64,000 bases of DNA, taken from Macrostomum lignano. Its lineage: Eukaryota. The DNA lies in assembly GCA_002269645.1 (NCBI GenBank), contig NIVC01000132.1, positions 387,028-451,027 on the forward strand, given 5' to 3'. Position numbers and translations under genes: made by a program. Shown here one piece after another: positions 22,801 through 37,800 of the stretch. The notes beneath the pieces were generated by a model that saw only the letters and a list, made by a program, of their open reading frames with translations, searched no databases and was not told the DNA's origin. Position 1 is the stretch's first letter, and every line of letters starts with the position of its first letter.

Positions 22801-25800
22801 GATCCGAGAGCTTCGTCACGAAAGCCAGTCAGCCGATCTCGCTGAAGAGACCGAGGAAAGCGTGCTTGCTCGAAAGCTGCAGCAGGGTACTGATGCTGAG
22901 CAGCGCGATGAGTCCATTGGAGCAGAAGTCGACGACATAAAGAGCTTGGTGATGCACCTCGACCAGGACGTCGATGAGGTCCGGATCGAGTACGAGGACC
23001 AACAGGTTTCGATGGAATTGCCGGAGCCTCCGATCCGAGAGCTTCGTCACGAAAGCCAGTCAGCCGATCTCGCTGAAGAGACCGAGGAAAGCGTGCTTGC
23101 TCGAAAGCTGCAGCAGGGTACTGATGCTGAGCAGCGCGATGAGTCCATTGGAGCAGAAGTCGACGACATAAATAGCTTGGTGATGCACCTCGACCAGGAC
23201 GTCGATGAGGTCCGAATCGAGTACGAGGACCAACAGATTTCGATGGAATTGCCGGAGCCTCCGATCCGAGAGCTTCGTCACGAAAGCCAGTCAGCCGATC
23301 TCGCTGAAGAGACCGAGGAAAGCGTGCTTGCTCGAAAGCTGCAGCAGGGTACTGATGCTGAGCAGCGCGATGAGTCCATTGGTGCAGAAGTCGACGACAT
23401 AAAGAACTTGGTGAAGCACCTCGACCAGGACGTCGATGAGGTCCGGATCGAGTACGAGGACCAACAGATTTCGATGGAATTGCCGGAGCCCATCATCCAC
23501 GAGCCTCGCCGCTACGGGCACTCGTTTGATCGCGATAGTCAAATTTCCAAGGAGAGCGATCGATCCTGGCAGTCAGACGATCTCCTGCATCATATTAGGG
23601 ACGCACCCGTCGACGAAAGAAACGAGAGTAGGTCGATAGATCTGGCTGAGCCAAAGTCATCAAAAATAGTAAAACGCTTGTCTTTGGGAAGTGCAGAGTT
23701 TCCGCCCATCGAATCAAAAGTAAGGCTGCGACACACATCTGGTGAGAGCTCGGCAAAGAGAGAAAAACCTCAGACGAGACCCCACAGTGTAAGTGTGACT
23801 GGAACGCACGACGATAAAAGTCAGAGCTCTGGTTCTCAAAGCTCGATGCCACTCGAGTCATCATACCCACCAAAGCACAAAAAGAACGTGTTCGGAAAGT
23901 TCCTGGGTGTTTTTAAGCGACACAGAGGATCGTATAATGTCTCCGACTTGGACACAGCTGGAAACGCGGAAAACGAGGCGAGCTTCCGTAGGAAGCAATC
24001 AAGTCAACTAGCACAGAGAAATGACAGCGAGACTAACGAAACACAAGTGCCGTCAATGTCAAGAGACCCAGATACAGTTAGTCAAACCAAAAGTAGCGAA
24101 CAGGACAACCAGGAGCAAGTCGGAAGTAGCAGTGCAGCAACAAAAGAAGCTTCGACACAGGATCAGCAACTGTCAATCGAAATTTCGGAGCCTCGATCCG
24201 AGAGCTTCGTCACGAAAGCCAGTCAGCCGATCTCGCTGAAGAGACCGAGGAAAGCGTGCTTGCTCGAAAGCTGCAGCAGGGTACTGATGCTGAGCAGCGC
24301 GATGAGTCCATTGGAGCAGAAGTCGACGACATAAAGAGCTTGGTGATGCACCTCGACCAGGACGTCGATGAGGTCCGGATCGAGTACGAGGACCAACAGG
24401 TTTCGATGGAATTGCCGGAGCCTCCGATCCGAGAGCTTCGTCACGAAAGCCAGTCAGCCGATCTCGCTGAAGAGACCGAGGAAAGCGTGCTTGCTCGAAA
24501 GCTGCAGCAGGGTACTGATGCTGAGCAGCGCGATGAGTCCATTGGAGCAGAAGTCGACGACATAAAGAGCTTGGTGATGCACCTCGACCAGGACGTCGAT
24601 GAGGTCCGGATCGAGTACGAGGACCAACAGATTTCGATGGAATTGCCGGAGCCTCCGATCCGAGAGCTTCGTCACGAAAGCCAGTCAGCCGATCTCGCTG
24701 AAGAGACCGAGGAAAGCGTGCTTGCTCGAAAGCTGCAGCAGGGTACTGATGCTGAGCAGCGCGATGAGTCCATTGGTGCAGAAGTCGACGACATAAAGAA
24801 CTTGGTGAAGCACCTCGACCAGGACGTCGATGAGGTCCGGATCGAGTACGAGGACCAACAGATTTCGATGGAATTGCCGGAGCCCATCATCCACGAGCCT
24901 CGCCGCTACGGGCACTCGTTTGATCGCGATAGTCAAATTTCCAAGGAGAGCGATCGATCCTGGCAGTCAGACGATCTCCTGCATCATATTAGGGACGCAC
25001 CCGTCGACGAAAGAAACGAGAGTAGGTCGATAGATCTGGCTGAGCCAAAGTCATCAAAAATAGTAAAACGCTTGTCTTTGGGAAGTGCAGAGTTTCCGCC
25101 CATCGAATCAAAAGTAAGGCTGCGACACACATCTGGTGAGAGCTCGGCAAAGAGAGAAAAACCTCAGACGAGACCCCACAGTGTAAGTGTGACTGGAACG
25201 CACGACGATAAAAGTCAGAGCTCTGGTTCTCAAAGCTCGATGCCACTCGAGTCATCATACCCACCAAAGCACAAAAAGAACGTGTTCGGAAAGTTCCTGG
25301 TGTTTTTAAGCGACACAGAGGATCGTATAATGTCTCCGACTTGGACACAGCTGGAAACGCGGAAAACGAGGCGAGCTTCCGTAGGAAGCAATCAAGTCAA
25401 CTAGCACAGAGAAATGACAGCGAGACTAACGAAACACAAGTGCCGTCAATGTCAAGAGACCCAGATACAGTTAGTCAAACCAAAAGTAGCGAACAGGACA
25501 ACCAGGAGCAAGTCGGAAGTAGCAGTGCAGCAACAAAAGAAGCTTTGACACAGGATCAGCAACTGTCAATCGAAATTTCGGAGTCCTCGATCCGAGAGCT
25601 TCGTCACGAAAGCCAGTCAGCCGATCTCGCTGAAGAGACCGAGGAAAGCGTGCTTGCTCGAAAGCTGCAGCAGGGTACTGATGCTGAGCAGCGCGATGAG
25701 TCCATTGGAGCAGAAGTCGACGACATAAAGAGCTTGGTGATGCACCTCGACCAGGACGTCGATGAGGTCCGGATCGAGTACGAGGACCAACAGGTTTCGA

Positions 25801-28800
25801 TGGAATTGCCGGAGCCTCCGATCCGAGAGCTTCGTCACGAAAGCCAGTCAGCCGATCTCGCTGAAGAGACCGAGGAAAGCGTGCTTGCTCGAAAGCTGCA
25901 GCAGGGTACTGATGCTGAGCAGCGCGATGAGTCCATTGGAGCAGAAGTCGACGACATAAAGAGCTTGGTGATGCACCTCGACCAGGACGTCGATGAGGTC
26001 CGGATCGAGTACAAGGACCAACAGATTTCGATGGAATTGCCGGAGCCTCCGATCCGAGAGCTTCGTGACGAAAGCCAGTCAGCCGATCTCGCTGAAGAGA
26101 CCGAGGAAAGCGTGCTTGCTCGAAAGCTGCAGCAGGGTACTGATGCTGAGCAGCGCGATGAGTCCATTGGAGCAGAAGTCGACGACATAAAGAGCTTGGT
26201 GATGCACCTCGACCAGGACGTCGATGAGGTCCGGATCGAGTACGAGGACCAACAGGTTTCGATGGAATTGCCGGAGCCTCCGATCCGAGAGCTTCGTCAC
26301 GAAAGCCAGTCAGCCGATCTCGCCGAAGAGACCGAGGAAAGCGTTCTTGCTCGAAAGCTGCAGCAGGTTTCTGATGCTGAGCAGCGCGATGAGTCCCTTG
26401 GAGCAGAAGTCGACGACATAAAGAGCTTGGTGATGCACCTCGACCAGGACCTCGATGAGGTCCGGATCGAGTACGAGGACCAACAGATTTCGATGGAATT
26501 GCCGGAGCCTCCGATCCGAGAGCTTCGTCACGAAAGCCAGTCAGCCGATCTCGCTGAAGAGACCGAGGAAAGCGTGCTTGCTCGAAAGCTGCAGCAGGGT
26601 ACTGATGCTGAGCAGCGCGATGAGTCCATTGGAGCAGAAGTCGACGACATAAAGAGCTTGGTGATGCACCTCGACCAGGACGTCGATGAGGTCCGGATCG
26701 AGTACGAGGACCAACAGGTTTCGATGGAATTGCCGGAGCCTCCGATCCGAGAGCTTCGTCACGAAAGCCAGTCAGCCGATCTCGCTGAAGAGACCGAGGA
26801 AAGCGTTCTTGCTCGAAAGCTGCAGCAGGTTTCTGATGCTGAGCAGCGCGATGAGTCCCTTGGAGCAGAAGTCGACGACATAAAGAGCTTGGTGATGCAC
26901 CTCAACCAGGACCTCGATGAGGTCCGGATCGAGTACGAGGACCAACAGATTTCGATGGAATTGCCGGAGCCTCCGATCCGAGAGCTTCGTCACGAAAGCC
27001 AGTCAGCCGATCTCGCTGAAGAGACCGAGGAAAGCGTTCTTGCTCGAAAGCTGCAGCAGGTTACTGATGCTGAGCAGCGCGATGAGTCCCTTGGAGCAGA
27101 AGTCGACGACATAAATAGCTTGGTGATGCACCTCGACCAGGACGTCGATGAGGTCCGGATCGAGTACGAGGACCAACAGGTTTCGATGGAATTGCCGGAG
27201 CCTCCGATCCGAGAGCTTCGTCACGAAAGCCAGTCAGCCGATCTCGCTGAAGAGACCGAGGAAAGCGTGCTTGCTCGAAAGCTGCAGCAGGGTACTGATG
27301 CTGAGCAGCGCGATGAGTCCATTGGAGCAGAAGTCGACGACATAAAGAGCTTGGTGATGCACCTCGACCAGGACGTCGATGAGGTCTGGATCGAGTACGA
27401 GGACCAACAGGTTTCGATGGAATTGCCGGAGCCTCCGATCCGAAAGCTTCGTCACGAAAGCCAGTCAGCCGATCTCGCTGAAGAGACCGAGGAAAGCGTG
27501 CTTGCTCGAAAGCTGCAGCAGGGTACTGATGCTGAGCAGCGCGATGAGTCCATTGGAGCAGAAGTCGACGACATAAAGAACTTGGTGAAGCACCTCGACC
27601 AGGACGTCGATGAGGTCCGGATCGAGTACGAGGACCAACAGATTTCGATGGAATTGCCGAGGCCCATCATCCACGAGCCTCGCCGCTACGGGCACTCGTT
27701 TGATCGCGATAGTCAAATTTCCAAGGAGAGCGATCGATCCTGGCAGTCAGACGATCTCCTGCATCATATTAGGGACGCACCCGTCGACGAAAGAAACGAG
27801 AGTAGGTCGATAGATCTGGCTGAGCAAAGTCATCAAAAATAGTAAAACGCTTGTCTTTGGAAGTGCAGAGTTTCCGCCCATCGAATCAAAAGAAAGGCTG
27901 CGACACACATCTGGTGAGAGCTCGACAAAGAGAGAAAAACCTCAGACGAGACCCCACAGTGTAAGTGTGACTGGAACGCACGACGATAAAAGTCAGAGCT
28001 CTGGTTCTCAAAGCTCGATGCCACTCGAGTCATCATACCCACCAAAGCACAAAAAGAACGTTTTCGGAAAGTTCCTGGGTGTTTTTAAGCGACACAGAGG
28101 ATCTCCGACTTGACACAGCTGACGCGGAAAACGAGGCGAGCTCCGTAGGAAGCAATCAAGTCAACTAGCACAGAGAAATGACAGCGAGACTAACGAAACA
28201 CAAGTGCCGTCAATGTCAAGAGACCCAGTTAGTCAAACAAAAAGTAGCGAACAGGACAACCAGGAGCAAGTCGGAAGTAGCAGTGCAGCAACAAAAGAAG
28301 CTTCGACACAGGATCAGCAACTGTCAATCGAAATTTCGGAGTCCTCGATCCGAGAGCTTCGTCACGAAAGCCAGTCAGCCGATCTCGCTGAAGAGACCGA
28401 GGAAAGCGTGCTTGCTCGAAAGCTGCAGCAGGGTACTGATGCTGAGCAGCGCGATGAGTCCATTGGAGCAGAAGTCGACGACATAAATAGCTTGGTGATG
28501 CACCTCGACCAGGACGTCGATGAGGTCCGAATCGAGTACGAGGACCAACAGATTTCGATGGAATTGCCGGAGCCCATCATCCACGAGCCTCGCCGCTACG
28601 GGCACTCGTTTGATCGCGATAGTCAAATTTCCAAGGAGAGCGATCGATCCTGGCAGTCAGACGATCTCCTGCATCATATTAGGGACGCACCCGTCGACGA
28701 AAGAAACGAGAGTAGGTCGATAGATCTGGCTGAGCCAAAGTCATCAAAAATAGTAAAACGCTTGTCTTTGGGAAGTGCAGAGTTTCCGCCCATCGAATCA

Positions 28801-31800
28801 AAAGAAAGGCTGCGACACACATCTGGTGAGAGCTCGACAAAGAGAGAAAAACCTCAGACGAGACCCCACAGTGTAAGTGTGACTGGAACGCACGACGATA
28901 AAAGTCAGAGCTCTGGTTCTCAAAGCTCGATGCCACTCGAGTCATCATACCCACCAAAGCACAAAAAGAACGTGTTCGGAAAGTTCCTGGTGTTTTTAAA
29001 GCGAACAGAGGATCGTATAATGTCTCCGACTTGGACACAGCTGGAAACGCGGAAAAACGAGGCGAGCTTCCGTAGGAAGCAATCAAGTCAACTAGCACAG
29101 AGAAATGACAGCGAGACTAACGAAACACAAGTGCCGTCAATGTCAAAGACCAGATACAGTTAGTCAAACCAAAAGTAGCGAACAGGACAACCAGGAGCAA
29201 GTCGGAAGTAGCAGTGCAGCAACAAAAAGAAGCTTCGACACAGGATCAGCAACTGTCAATCGAAATTTCGGAGTCCTCGATCCGAGAGCTTCGTCACGAA
29301 AGCCAGTCAGCCGATCTCGCTGAAGAGACCGAGGAAAGCGTGCTTGCTCGAAAGCTGCAGCAGGGTACTGATGCTGAGCAGCGCGATGAGTCCATTGGAG
29401 CAGAAGTCGACGACATAAAGAGCTTGGTGATGCACCTCGACCAGGACGTCGATGAGGTCCGGATCGAGTACGAGGACCAACAGATTTCGATGGAATTGCC
29501 GGAGCCTCCGATCCGAGAGCTTCGTCACGAAAGCCAGTCAGCCGATCTCGCTGAAGAGACCGAGGAAAGCGTTCTTGCTCGAAAGCTGCAGCAGGTTACT
29601 GATGCTGAGCAGCGCGATGAGTCCCTTGGAGCAGAAGTCGACGACATAAAGAGCTTGGTGATGCACCTCGACCAGGACGTCGATGAGGTCCGGATCGAGT
29701 ACGAGGACCAACAGGTTTCGATGGAATTGCCGAGCCTCCGATCCGAGAGCTTCGTCACGAAAGCCAGTCAGCCGATCTCGCTGAAGAGACCGAGGAAAGC
29801 GTGCTTGCTCGAAAGCTGCAGCAGGGTACTGATGCTGAGCAGCGCGATGAGTCCCTTGGAGCAAAGTCGACGACATAAATAGCTTGGTGATGCACCTCGA
29901 CCAGGACGTCGATGAGGTCCGAATCGAGTACGAGGACCAACAGGTTTCGATGGAATTGCCGGAGCCTCCGATCCGAGAGCTTCGTCACGAAAGCCAGTCA
30001 GCCGATCTCGCTGAAGAGACCGAGGAAAGCGTGCTTGCTCGAAAGCTGCAGCAGGGTACTGATGCTGAGCAGCGCGATGAGTCCATTGGAGCAGAAGTCG
30101 ACGACATAAAGAGCTTGGTGATGCACCTCGACCAGGACGTCGATGAGGTCCGGATCGAGTACGAGGACCAACAGGTTTCGATGGAATTGCCGGAGCCTCC
30201 GATCCGAGAGCTTCGTCACGAAAGCCAGTCAGCCGATCTCGCTGAAGAGACCGAGGAAAGCGTGCTTGCTCGAAAGCTGCAGCAGGGTACTGATGCTGAG
30301 CAGCGCGATGAGTCCATTGAGCAGAAGTCGACGACATAAATAGCTTGGTGATGCACCTCGACCAGGACGTCGATGAGGTCCGGATCGAATACGAGGACCA
30401 ACAGGTTTCGATGGAATTGCCGGAGCCTCCGATCCGAGAGCTTCGTCACGAAAGCCAGTCAGCCGATCTCGCTGAAGAGACCGAGGAAAGCGTGCTTGCT
30501 CGAAAGCTGCAGCAGGGTACTGATGCTGAGCAGCGCGATGAGTCCATTGGAGCAGAAGTCGACGACAAAAAGAGCTTGGTGATGCACCTCGACCAGGACG
30601 TCGATGAGGTCGGATCGAGTACGAGGACCAACAGGTTTCGATGGAATTGCCGGAGCCTCCGATCCGAGAGCTTCGTCACGAAAGCCAGTCAGCCGATCTC
30701 GCTGAAGAGACCGAGGAAAGCGTGCTTGCTCGAAAGCTGCAGCAGGGTACTGATGCTGAGCAGCGCGATGAGTCCCTTGGAGCAGAAGTCGACGACATAA
30801 AGAGCTTGGTGATGCACCTCGACCAGGACGTCGATGAGGTCCGGATCGAATACGAGGACCAACAGGTTTCGATGGAATTGCCGGAGCCTCCGATCCGAGA
30901 GCTTCGTCACGAAAGCCAGTCAGCCGATCTCGCTGAAGAGACCGAGGAAAGCGTGCTTGCTCGAAAGCTGCAGCAGGGTACTGATGCTGAGCAGCGCGAT
31001 GAGTCCATTGGAGCAGAAGTCGACGACAAAAAGAGCTTGGTGATGCACCTCGACCAGGACGTCGATGAGGTCGGGATCGAGTACGAGGACCAACAGGTTT
31101 CGATGGAATTGCCGGAGCCTCCGATCCGAGAGCTTCGTCACGAAAGCCAGTCAGCCGATCTCGCTGAAGAGACCGAGGAAAGCGTGCTTGCTCGAAAGCT
31201 GCAGCAGGGTACTGATGCTGAGCAGCGCGATGAGTCCCTTGGAGCAGAAGTCGACGACATAAAGAGCTTGGTGATGCACCTCGACCAGGACGTCGATGAG
31301 GTCCGGATCGAATACGAGGACCAACAGGTTTCGATGGAATTGCCGGAGCCTCCGATCCGAGAGCTTCGTCACGAAAGCCAGTCAGCCGATCTCGCTGAAG
31401 AGACCGAGGAAAGCGTGCTTGCTCGAAAGCTGCAGCAGGGTACTGATGCTGAGCAGCGCGATGAGTCCATTGGAGCAGAAGTCGACGACAAAAAGAGCTT
31501 GGTGATGCACCTCGACCAGGACGTCGATGAGGACCGGATCGAGTGCGAGGACCAACAGATTTCGATGGAATTGCTGGAGCCTCCGATCCGAGAGCTTCGT
31601 GACGAAAGCCAGTCAGCCGATCTCGCTGAAGAGACCGAGGAAAGCGTGCTTGCTCGAAAGCTGCAGCAGGGTACTGATGCTGAGCAGCGCGATGAGTCCA
31701 TTGGAGCAGAAGTCGACGACATAAATAGCTTGGTGATGCACCTCGACCAGGACGTCGATGAGGTCCGGATCGAATACGAGGACCAACAGGTTTCGATGGA

Positions 31801-34800
31801 ATTGCCGGAGCCTCCGATCCGAGAGCTTCGTCACGAAAGCCAGTCAGCCGATCTCGCTGAAGAGACCGAGGAAAGCGTGCTTGCTCGAAAGCTGCAGCAG
31901 GGTACTGATGCTGAGCAGCGCGATGAGTCCATTGGAGCAGAAGTCGACGACATAAAGAGCTTGGTGATGCACCTCGACCATGACGTCGATGAGGTCCGGA
32001 TCGAGTACGAGGACCAACAGATTTCGATGGAATTGCCGGAGCCTCCGATCCGAGAGCTTCGTCACGAAAGCCAATCAGCCGATCTCGCTGAAGAGACCGA
32101 GGAAAGCGTTCTTGCTCGAAAGCTGCAGCAGGTTACTGATGCTGAGCAGCGCGATGAGTCCCTTGGAGCAGAAGTCGACGACATAAAGAGCTTGGTGATG
32201 CACCTCGACCAGGACGTCGATGAGGTCCGGATCGAGTACGAGGACCAACAGGTTTCGATGGAATTGCCGGAGCCTCCGATCCGAGAGCTTCGTCACGAAA
32301 GCCAGTCAGCCGATCTCGCTGAAGAGACCGAGGAAAGCGTGCTTGCTCGAAAGCTGCAGCAGGGTACTGATGCTGAGCAGCGCGATGAGTCCATTGGAGC
32401 AGAAGTCGACGACATAAAGAGCTTGGTGATGCACCTCGACCAGGACGTCGATGAGGTCCGGATCGAGTACGAGGACCAACAGATTTCGATGGAATTGCCG
32501 GAGCCTCCGATCCGAGAGCTTCGTCACGAAAGCCAGTCAGCCGATCTCGCTGAAGAGACCGAGGAAAGCGTTCTTGCTCGAAAGCTGCAGCAGGGTACTG
32601 ATGCTGAGCAGCGCGATGAGTCCCTTGGAGCAGAAGTCGACGACATAAAGAACTTGGTGAAGCACCTCGACCAGGACGTCGATGAGGTCCGGATCGAGTA
32701 CGAGGACCAACAGATTTCGATGGAATTGCCGGAGCCCATCATCCACGAGCCTCGCCGCTACGGGCACTCGTTTGATCGCGATAGTCAAATTTCCAAGGAG
32801 AGCGATCGATCCTGGCAGTCAGACGATCTCCTGCATCATATTAGGGACGCACCCGTCGACGAAAGAAACGAGAGTAGGTCGATAGATCTGGCTGAGCCAA
32901 AGTCATCAAAAATAGTAAAACGCTTGTCTTTGGGAAGTGCAGAGTTTCCGCCCATCGAATCAAAAGTAAGGCTGCGACACACATCTGGTGAGAGCTCGGC
33001 AAAGAGAGAAAAACCTCAGACGAGACCCCACAGTGTAAGTGTGACTGGAACGCACGACGATAAAAGTCAGAGCTCTGGTTCTCAAAGCTCGATGCCACTC
33101 GAGTCATCATACCCACCAAAGCACAAAAAGAACGTGTTCGGAAAGTTCCTGGGTGTTTTTAAGCGACACAGAGGATCGTATAATGTCTCCGACTTGGACA
33201 CAGCTGGAAACGCGGAAAACGAGGCGAGCTTCCGTAGGAAGCAATCAAGTCAACTAGCACAGAGAAATGACAGCGAGACTAACGAAACACAAGTGCCGTC
33301 AATGTCAAGAGACCCAGATACAGTTAGTCAAACCAAAAGTAGCGAACAGGACAACCAGGAGCAAGTCGGAAGTAGCAGTGCAGCAACAAAAGAAGCTTTG
33401 ACACAGGATCAGCAACTGTCAATCGAAATTTCGGAGTCCTCGATCCAAGAGCTTCGTCACGAAAGCCAGTCAGCCGATCTCGCTGAAGAGACCGAGAAAG
33501 CGTGCTTGCTCGAAAGCTGCAGCAGGGTACTGATGCTGAGCAGCGCGATGAGTCCATTGGAGCAGAAGTCGACGACATAAAGAGCTTGGTGATGCACCTC
33601 GACCAGGACGTCGATGAGGTCCGGATCGAGTACGAGGACCAACAGGTTTCGATGGAATTGCCGGAGCCTCCGATCCGAGAGCTTCGTCACGAAAGCCAGT
33701 CAGCCGATCTCGCTGAAGAGACCGAGGAAAGCGTGCTTGCTCGAAAGCTGCAGCAGGGTACTGATGCTGAGCAGCGCGATGAGTCCATTGGAGCAGAAGT
33801 CGACGACATAAAGAGCTTGGTGATTCACCTCGACCAGGACGTCGATGAGGTCCGGATCGAGTACAAGGACCAACAGATTTCGATGGAATTGCCGGAGCCT
33901 CCGATCCGAGAGCTTCGTCACGAAAGCCAGTCAGCCGATCTCGCTGAAGAGACCGAGGAAAGCGTGCTTGCTCGAAAGCTGCAGCAGGGTACTGATGCTG
34001 AGCAGCGCGATGAGTCCATTGGAGCAGAAGTCGACGACATAAAGAGCTTGGTGATGCACCTCGACCAGGACGTCGATGAGGTCCGGATCGAGTACGAGGA
34101 CCAACAGGTTTCGATGGAATTGCCGGAGCCTCCGATCCGAGAGCTTCGTCACGAAAGCCAGTCAGCCGATCTCGCTGAAGAGACCGAGGAAAGCGTGCTT
34201 GCTCGAAAGCTGCAGCAGGGTACTGATGCTGAGCAGCGCGATGAGTCCATTGGAGCAGAAGTCGACGACATAAAGAGCTTGGTGATGCACCTCGACCAGG
34301 ACGTCGATGAGGTCCGGATCGAGTACGAGGACCAACAGGTTTCGATGGAATTGCCGGAGCCTCCGATCCGAAAGCTTCGTCACGAAAGCCAGTCAGCCGA
34401 TCTCGCTGAAGAGACCGAGGAAAGCGTGCTTGCTCGAAAGCTGCAGCAGGGTACTGATGCTGAGCAGCGCGATGAGTCCATTGGAGCAGAAGTCGACGAC
34501 ATAAAGAACTTGGTGAAGCACCTCGACCAGGACATCGATGAGGTCCGGATCGAATACGAGGACCAACAGATTTCGATGGAATTGCCGGAGCCCATCATCC
34601 ACGAGCCTCGCCGCTACGGGCACTCGTTTGATCGCGATAGTCAAATTTCCAAGGAGAGCGATCGATCCTTGCAGTCAGACGATCTCCTGCATCATATTAG
34701 GGACGCACCCGTCGACGAAAGAAACGAGAGTAGGTCGATAGATCTGGCTGAGCCAAAGTCATCAAAAATAGTAAAACGCTTGTCTTTGGGAAGTGCAGAG

Positions 34801-37800
34801 TTTCCGCCCATCGAATCAAAAGAAAGGCTGCGACACACATCTGGTGAGAGCTCGACAAAGAGAGAAAAACCTCAGACGAGACCCCACAGTGTAAGTGTGA
34901 CTGGAACGCACGACGATAAAAGTCAGAGCTCTGGTTCTCAAAGCTCGATGCCACTCGAGTCATCATACCCACCAAAGCACAAAAAGAACGTGTTCGGAAA
35001 GTTCCTGGGTGTTTTTAAGCGACACAGAGGATCGTATAATGTCTCCGACTTGGACACAGCTGGAAACGCGGAAAACGAGGCGAGCTTCCGTAGGAAGCAA
35101 TCAAGTCAACTAGCACAGAGAAATGACAGCGAGACTAACGAAACACAAGTGCCGTCAATGTCAAGAGACCCAGATACAGTTAGTCAAACCAAAAGTAGCG
35201 AACAGGACAACCAGGAGCAAGTCGGAAGTAGCAGTGCAGCAACAAAAGAAGCTTTGACACAGGATCAGCAACTGTCAATCGAAATTTCGGAGTCCTCGAT
35301 CCAAGAGCTTCGTCACGAAAGCCAGTCAGCCGATCTCGCTGAAGAGACCGAGGAAAGCGTGCTTGCTCGAAAGCTGCAGCAGGGTACTGATGCTGAGCAG
35401 CGCGATGAGTCCATTGGAGCAGAAGTCGACGACATAAAGAGCTTGGTGATGCACCTCGACCAGGACGTCGATGAGGTCCGGATCGAGTACGAGGACCAAC
35501 AGGTTTCGATGGAATTGCCGGAGCCTCCGATCCGAGAGCTTCGTCACGAAAGCCAGTCAGCCGATCTCGCTGAAGAGACCGAGGAAAGCGTGCTTGCTCG
35601 AAAGCTGCAGCAGGGTACTGATGCTGAGCAGCGCGATGAGTCCATTGGAGCAGAAGTCGACGACATAAAGAGCTTGGTGATTCACCTCGACCAGGACGTC
35701 GATGAGGTCCGGATCGAGTACAAGGACCAACAGATTTCGATGGAATTGCCGGAGCCTCCGATCCGAGAGCTTCGTCACGAAAGCCAGTCAGCCGATCTCG
35801 CTGAAGAGACCGAGGAAAGCGTGCTTGCTCGAAAGCTGCAGCAGGGTACTGATGCTGAGCAGCGCGATGAGTCCATTGGAGCAGAAGTCGACGACATAAA
35901 GAGCTTGGTGATGCACCTCGACCAGGACGTCGATGAGGTCCGGATCGAGTACGAGGACCAACAGGTTTCGATGGAATTGCCGGAGCCTCCGATCCGAGAG
36001 CTTCGTCACGAAAGCCAGTCAGCCGATCTCGCTGAAGAGACCGAGGAAAGCGTGCTTGCTCGAAAGCTGCAGCAGGGTACTGATGCTGAGCAGCGCGATG
36101 AGTCCATTGGAGCAGAAGTCGACGACATAAAGAGCTTGGTGATGCACCTCGACCAGGACGTCGATGAGGTCCGGATCGAGTACGAGGACCAACAGGTTTC
36201 GATGGAATTGCCGGAGCCTCCGATCCGAAAGCTTCGTCACGAAAGCCAGTCAGCCGATCTCGCTGAAGAGACCGAGGAAAGCGTGCTTGCTCGAAAGCTG
36301 CAGCAGGGTACTGATGCTGAGCAGCGCGATGAGTCCATTGGAGCAGAAGTCGACGACATAAAGAACTTGGTGAAGCACCTCGACCAGGACGTCGATGAGG
36401 TCCGGATCGAGTACGAGGACCAACAGATTTCGATGGAATTGCCGGAGCCCATCATCCACGAGCCTCGCCGCTACGGGCACTCGTTTGATCGCGATAGTCA
36501 AATTTCCAAGGAGAGCGATCGATCCTTGCAGTCAGACGATCTCCTGCATCATATTAGGGACGCACCCGTCGACGAAAGAAACGAGAGTAGGTCGATAGAT
36601 CTGGCTGAGCCAAAGTCATCAAAAATAGTAAAACGCTTGTCTTTGGGAAGTGCAGAGTTTCCGCCCATCGAATCAAAAGAAAGGCTGCGACACACATCTG
36701 GTGAGAGCTCGACAAAGAGAGAAAAACCTCAGACGAGACCCCACAGTGTAAGTGTGACTGGAACGCACGACGATAAAAGTCAGAGCTCTGGTTCTCAAAG
36801 CTCGATGCCACTCGAGTCATCATACCCACCAAAGCACAAAAAGAACGTGTTCGGAAAGTTCCTGGGTGTTTTTAAGCGACACAGAGGATCGTATAATGTC
36901 TCCGACTTGGACACAGCTGGAAACGCGGAAAACGAGGCGAGCTTCCGTAGGAAGCAATCAAGTCAACTAGCACAGAGAAATGACAGCGAGACTAACGAAA
37001 CACAAGTGCCGTCAATGTCAAGAGACCCAGTTAGTCAAACAAAAAGTAGCGAACAGGACAACCAGGAGCAAGTCGGAAGTAGCAGTGCAGCAACAAAAGA
37101 AGCTTCGACACAGGATCAGCAACTGTCAATCGAAATTTCGGAGTCCTCGATCCGAGAGCTTCGTCACGAAAGCCAGTCAGCCGATCTCGCTGAAGAGACC
37201 GAGGAAAGCGTTCTTGCTCGAAAGCTGCAGCAGGGTACTGATGCTGAGCAGCGCGATGAGTCCCTTGGAGCAGAAGTCGACGACATAAAGAACTTGGTGA
37301 AGCACCTCGACCAGGACGTCGATGAGGTCCGGATCGAGTACGAGGACCAACAGATTTCGATGGAATTGCCGGAGCCCATCATCCACGAGCCTCGCCGCTA
37401 CGGGCACTCGTTTGATCGCGATAGTCAAATTTCCAAGGAGAGCGATCGATCCTGGCAGTCAGACGATCTCCTGCATCATATTAGGACGCACCCGTCGACG
37501 AAAGAAACGAGAGTAGGTCGATAGATCTGGCTGAGCCAAAGTCATCAAAAATAGTAAAACGCTTGTCTTTGGGAAGTGCAGAGTTTCCGCCCATCGAATC
37601 AAAAGTAAGGCTGCGACACACATCTGGTGAGAGCTCGGCAAAGAGAGAAAAACCTCAGACGAGACCCCACAGTGTAAGTGTGACTGGAACGCACGACGAT
37701 AAAAGTCAGAGCTCTGGTTCTCAAAGCTCGATGCCACTCGAGTCATCATACCCACCAAAGCACAAAAAGAACGTGTTCGGAAAGTTCCTGGGTGTTTTTA

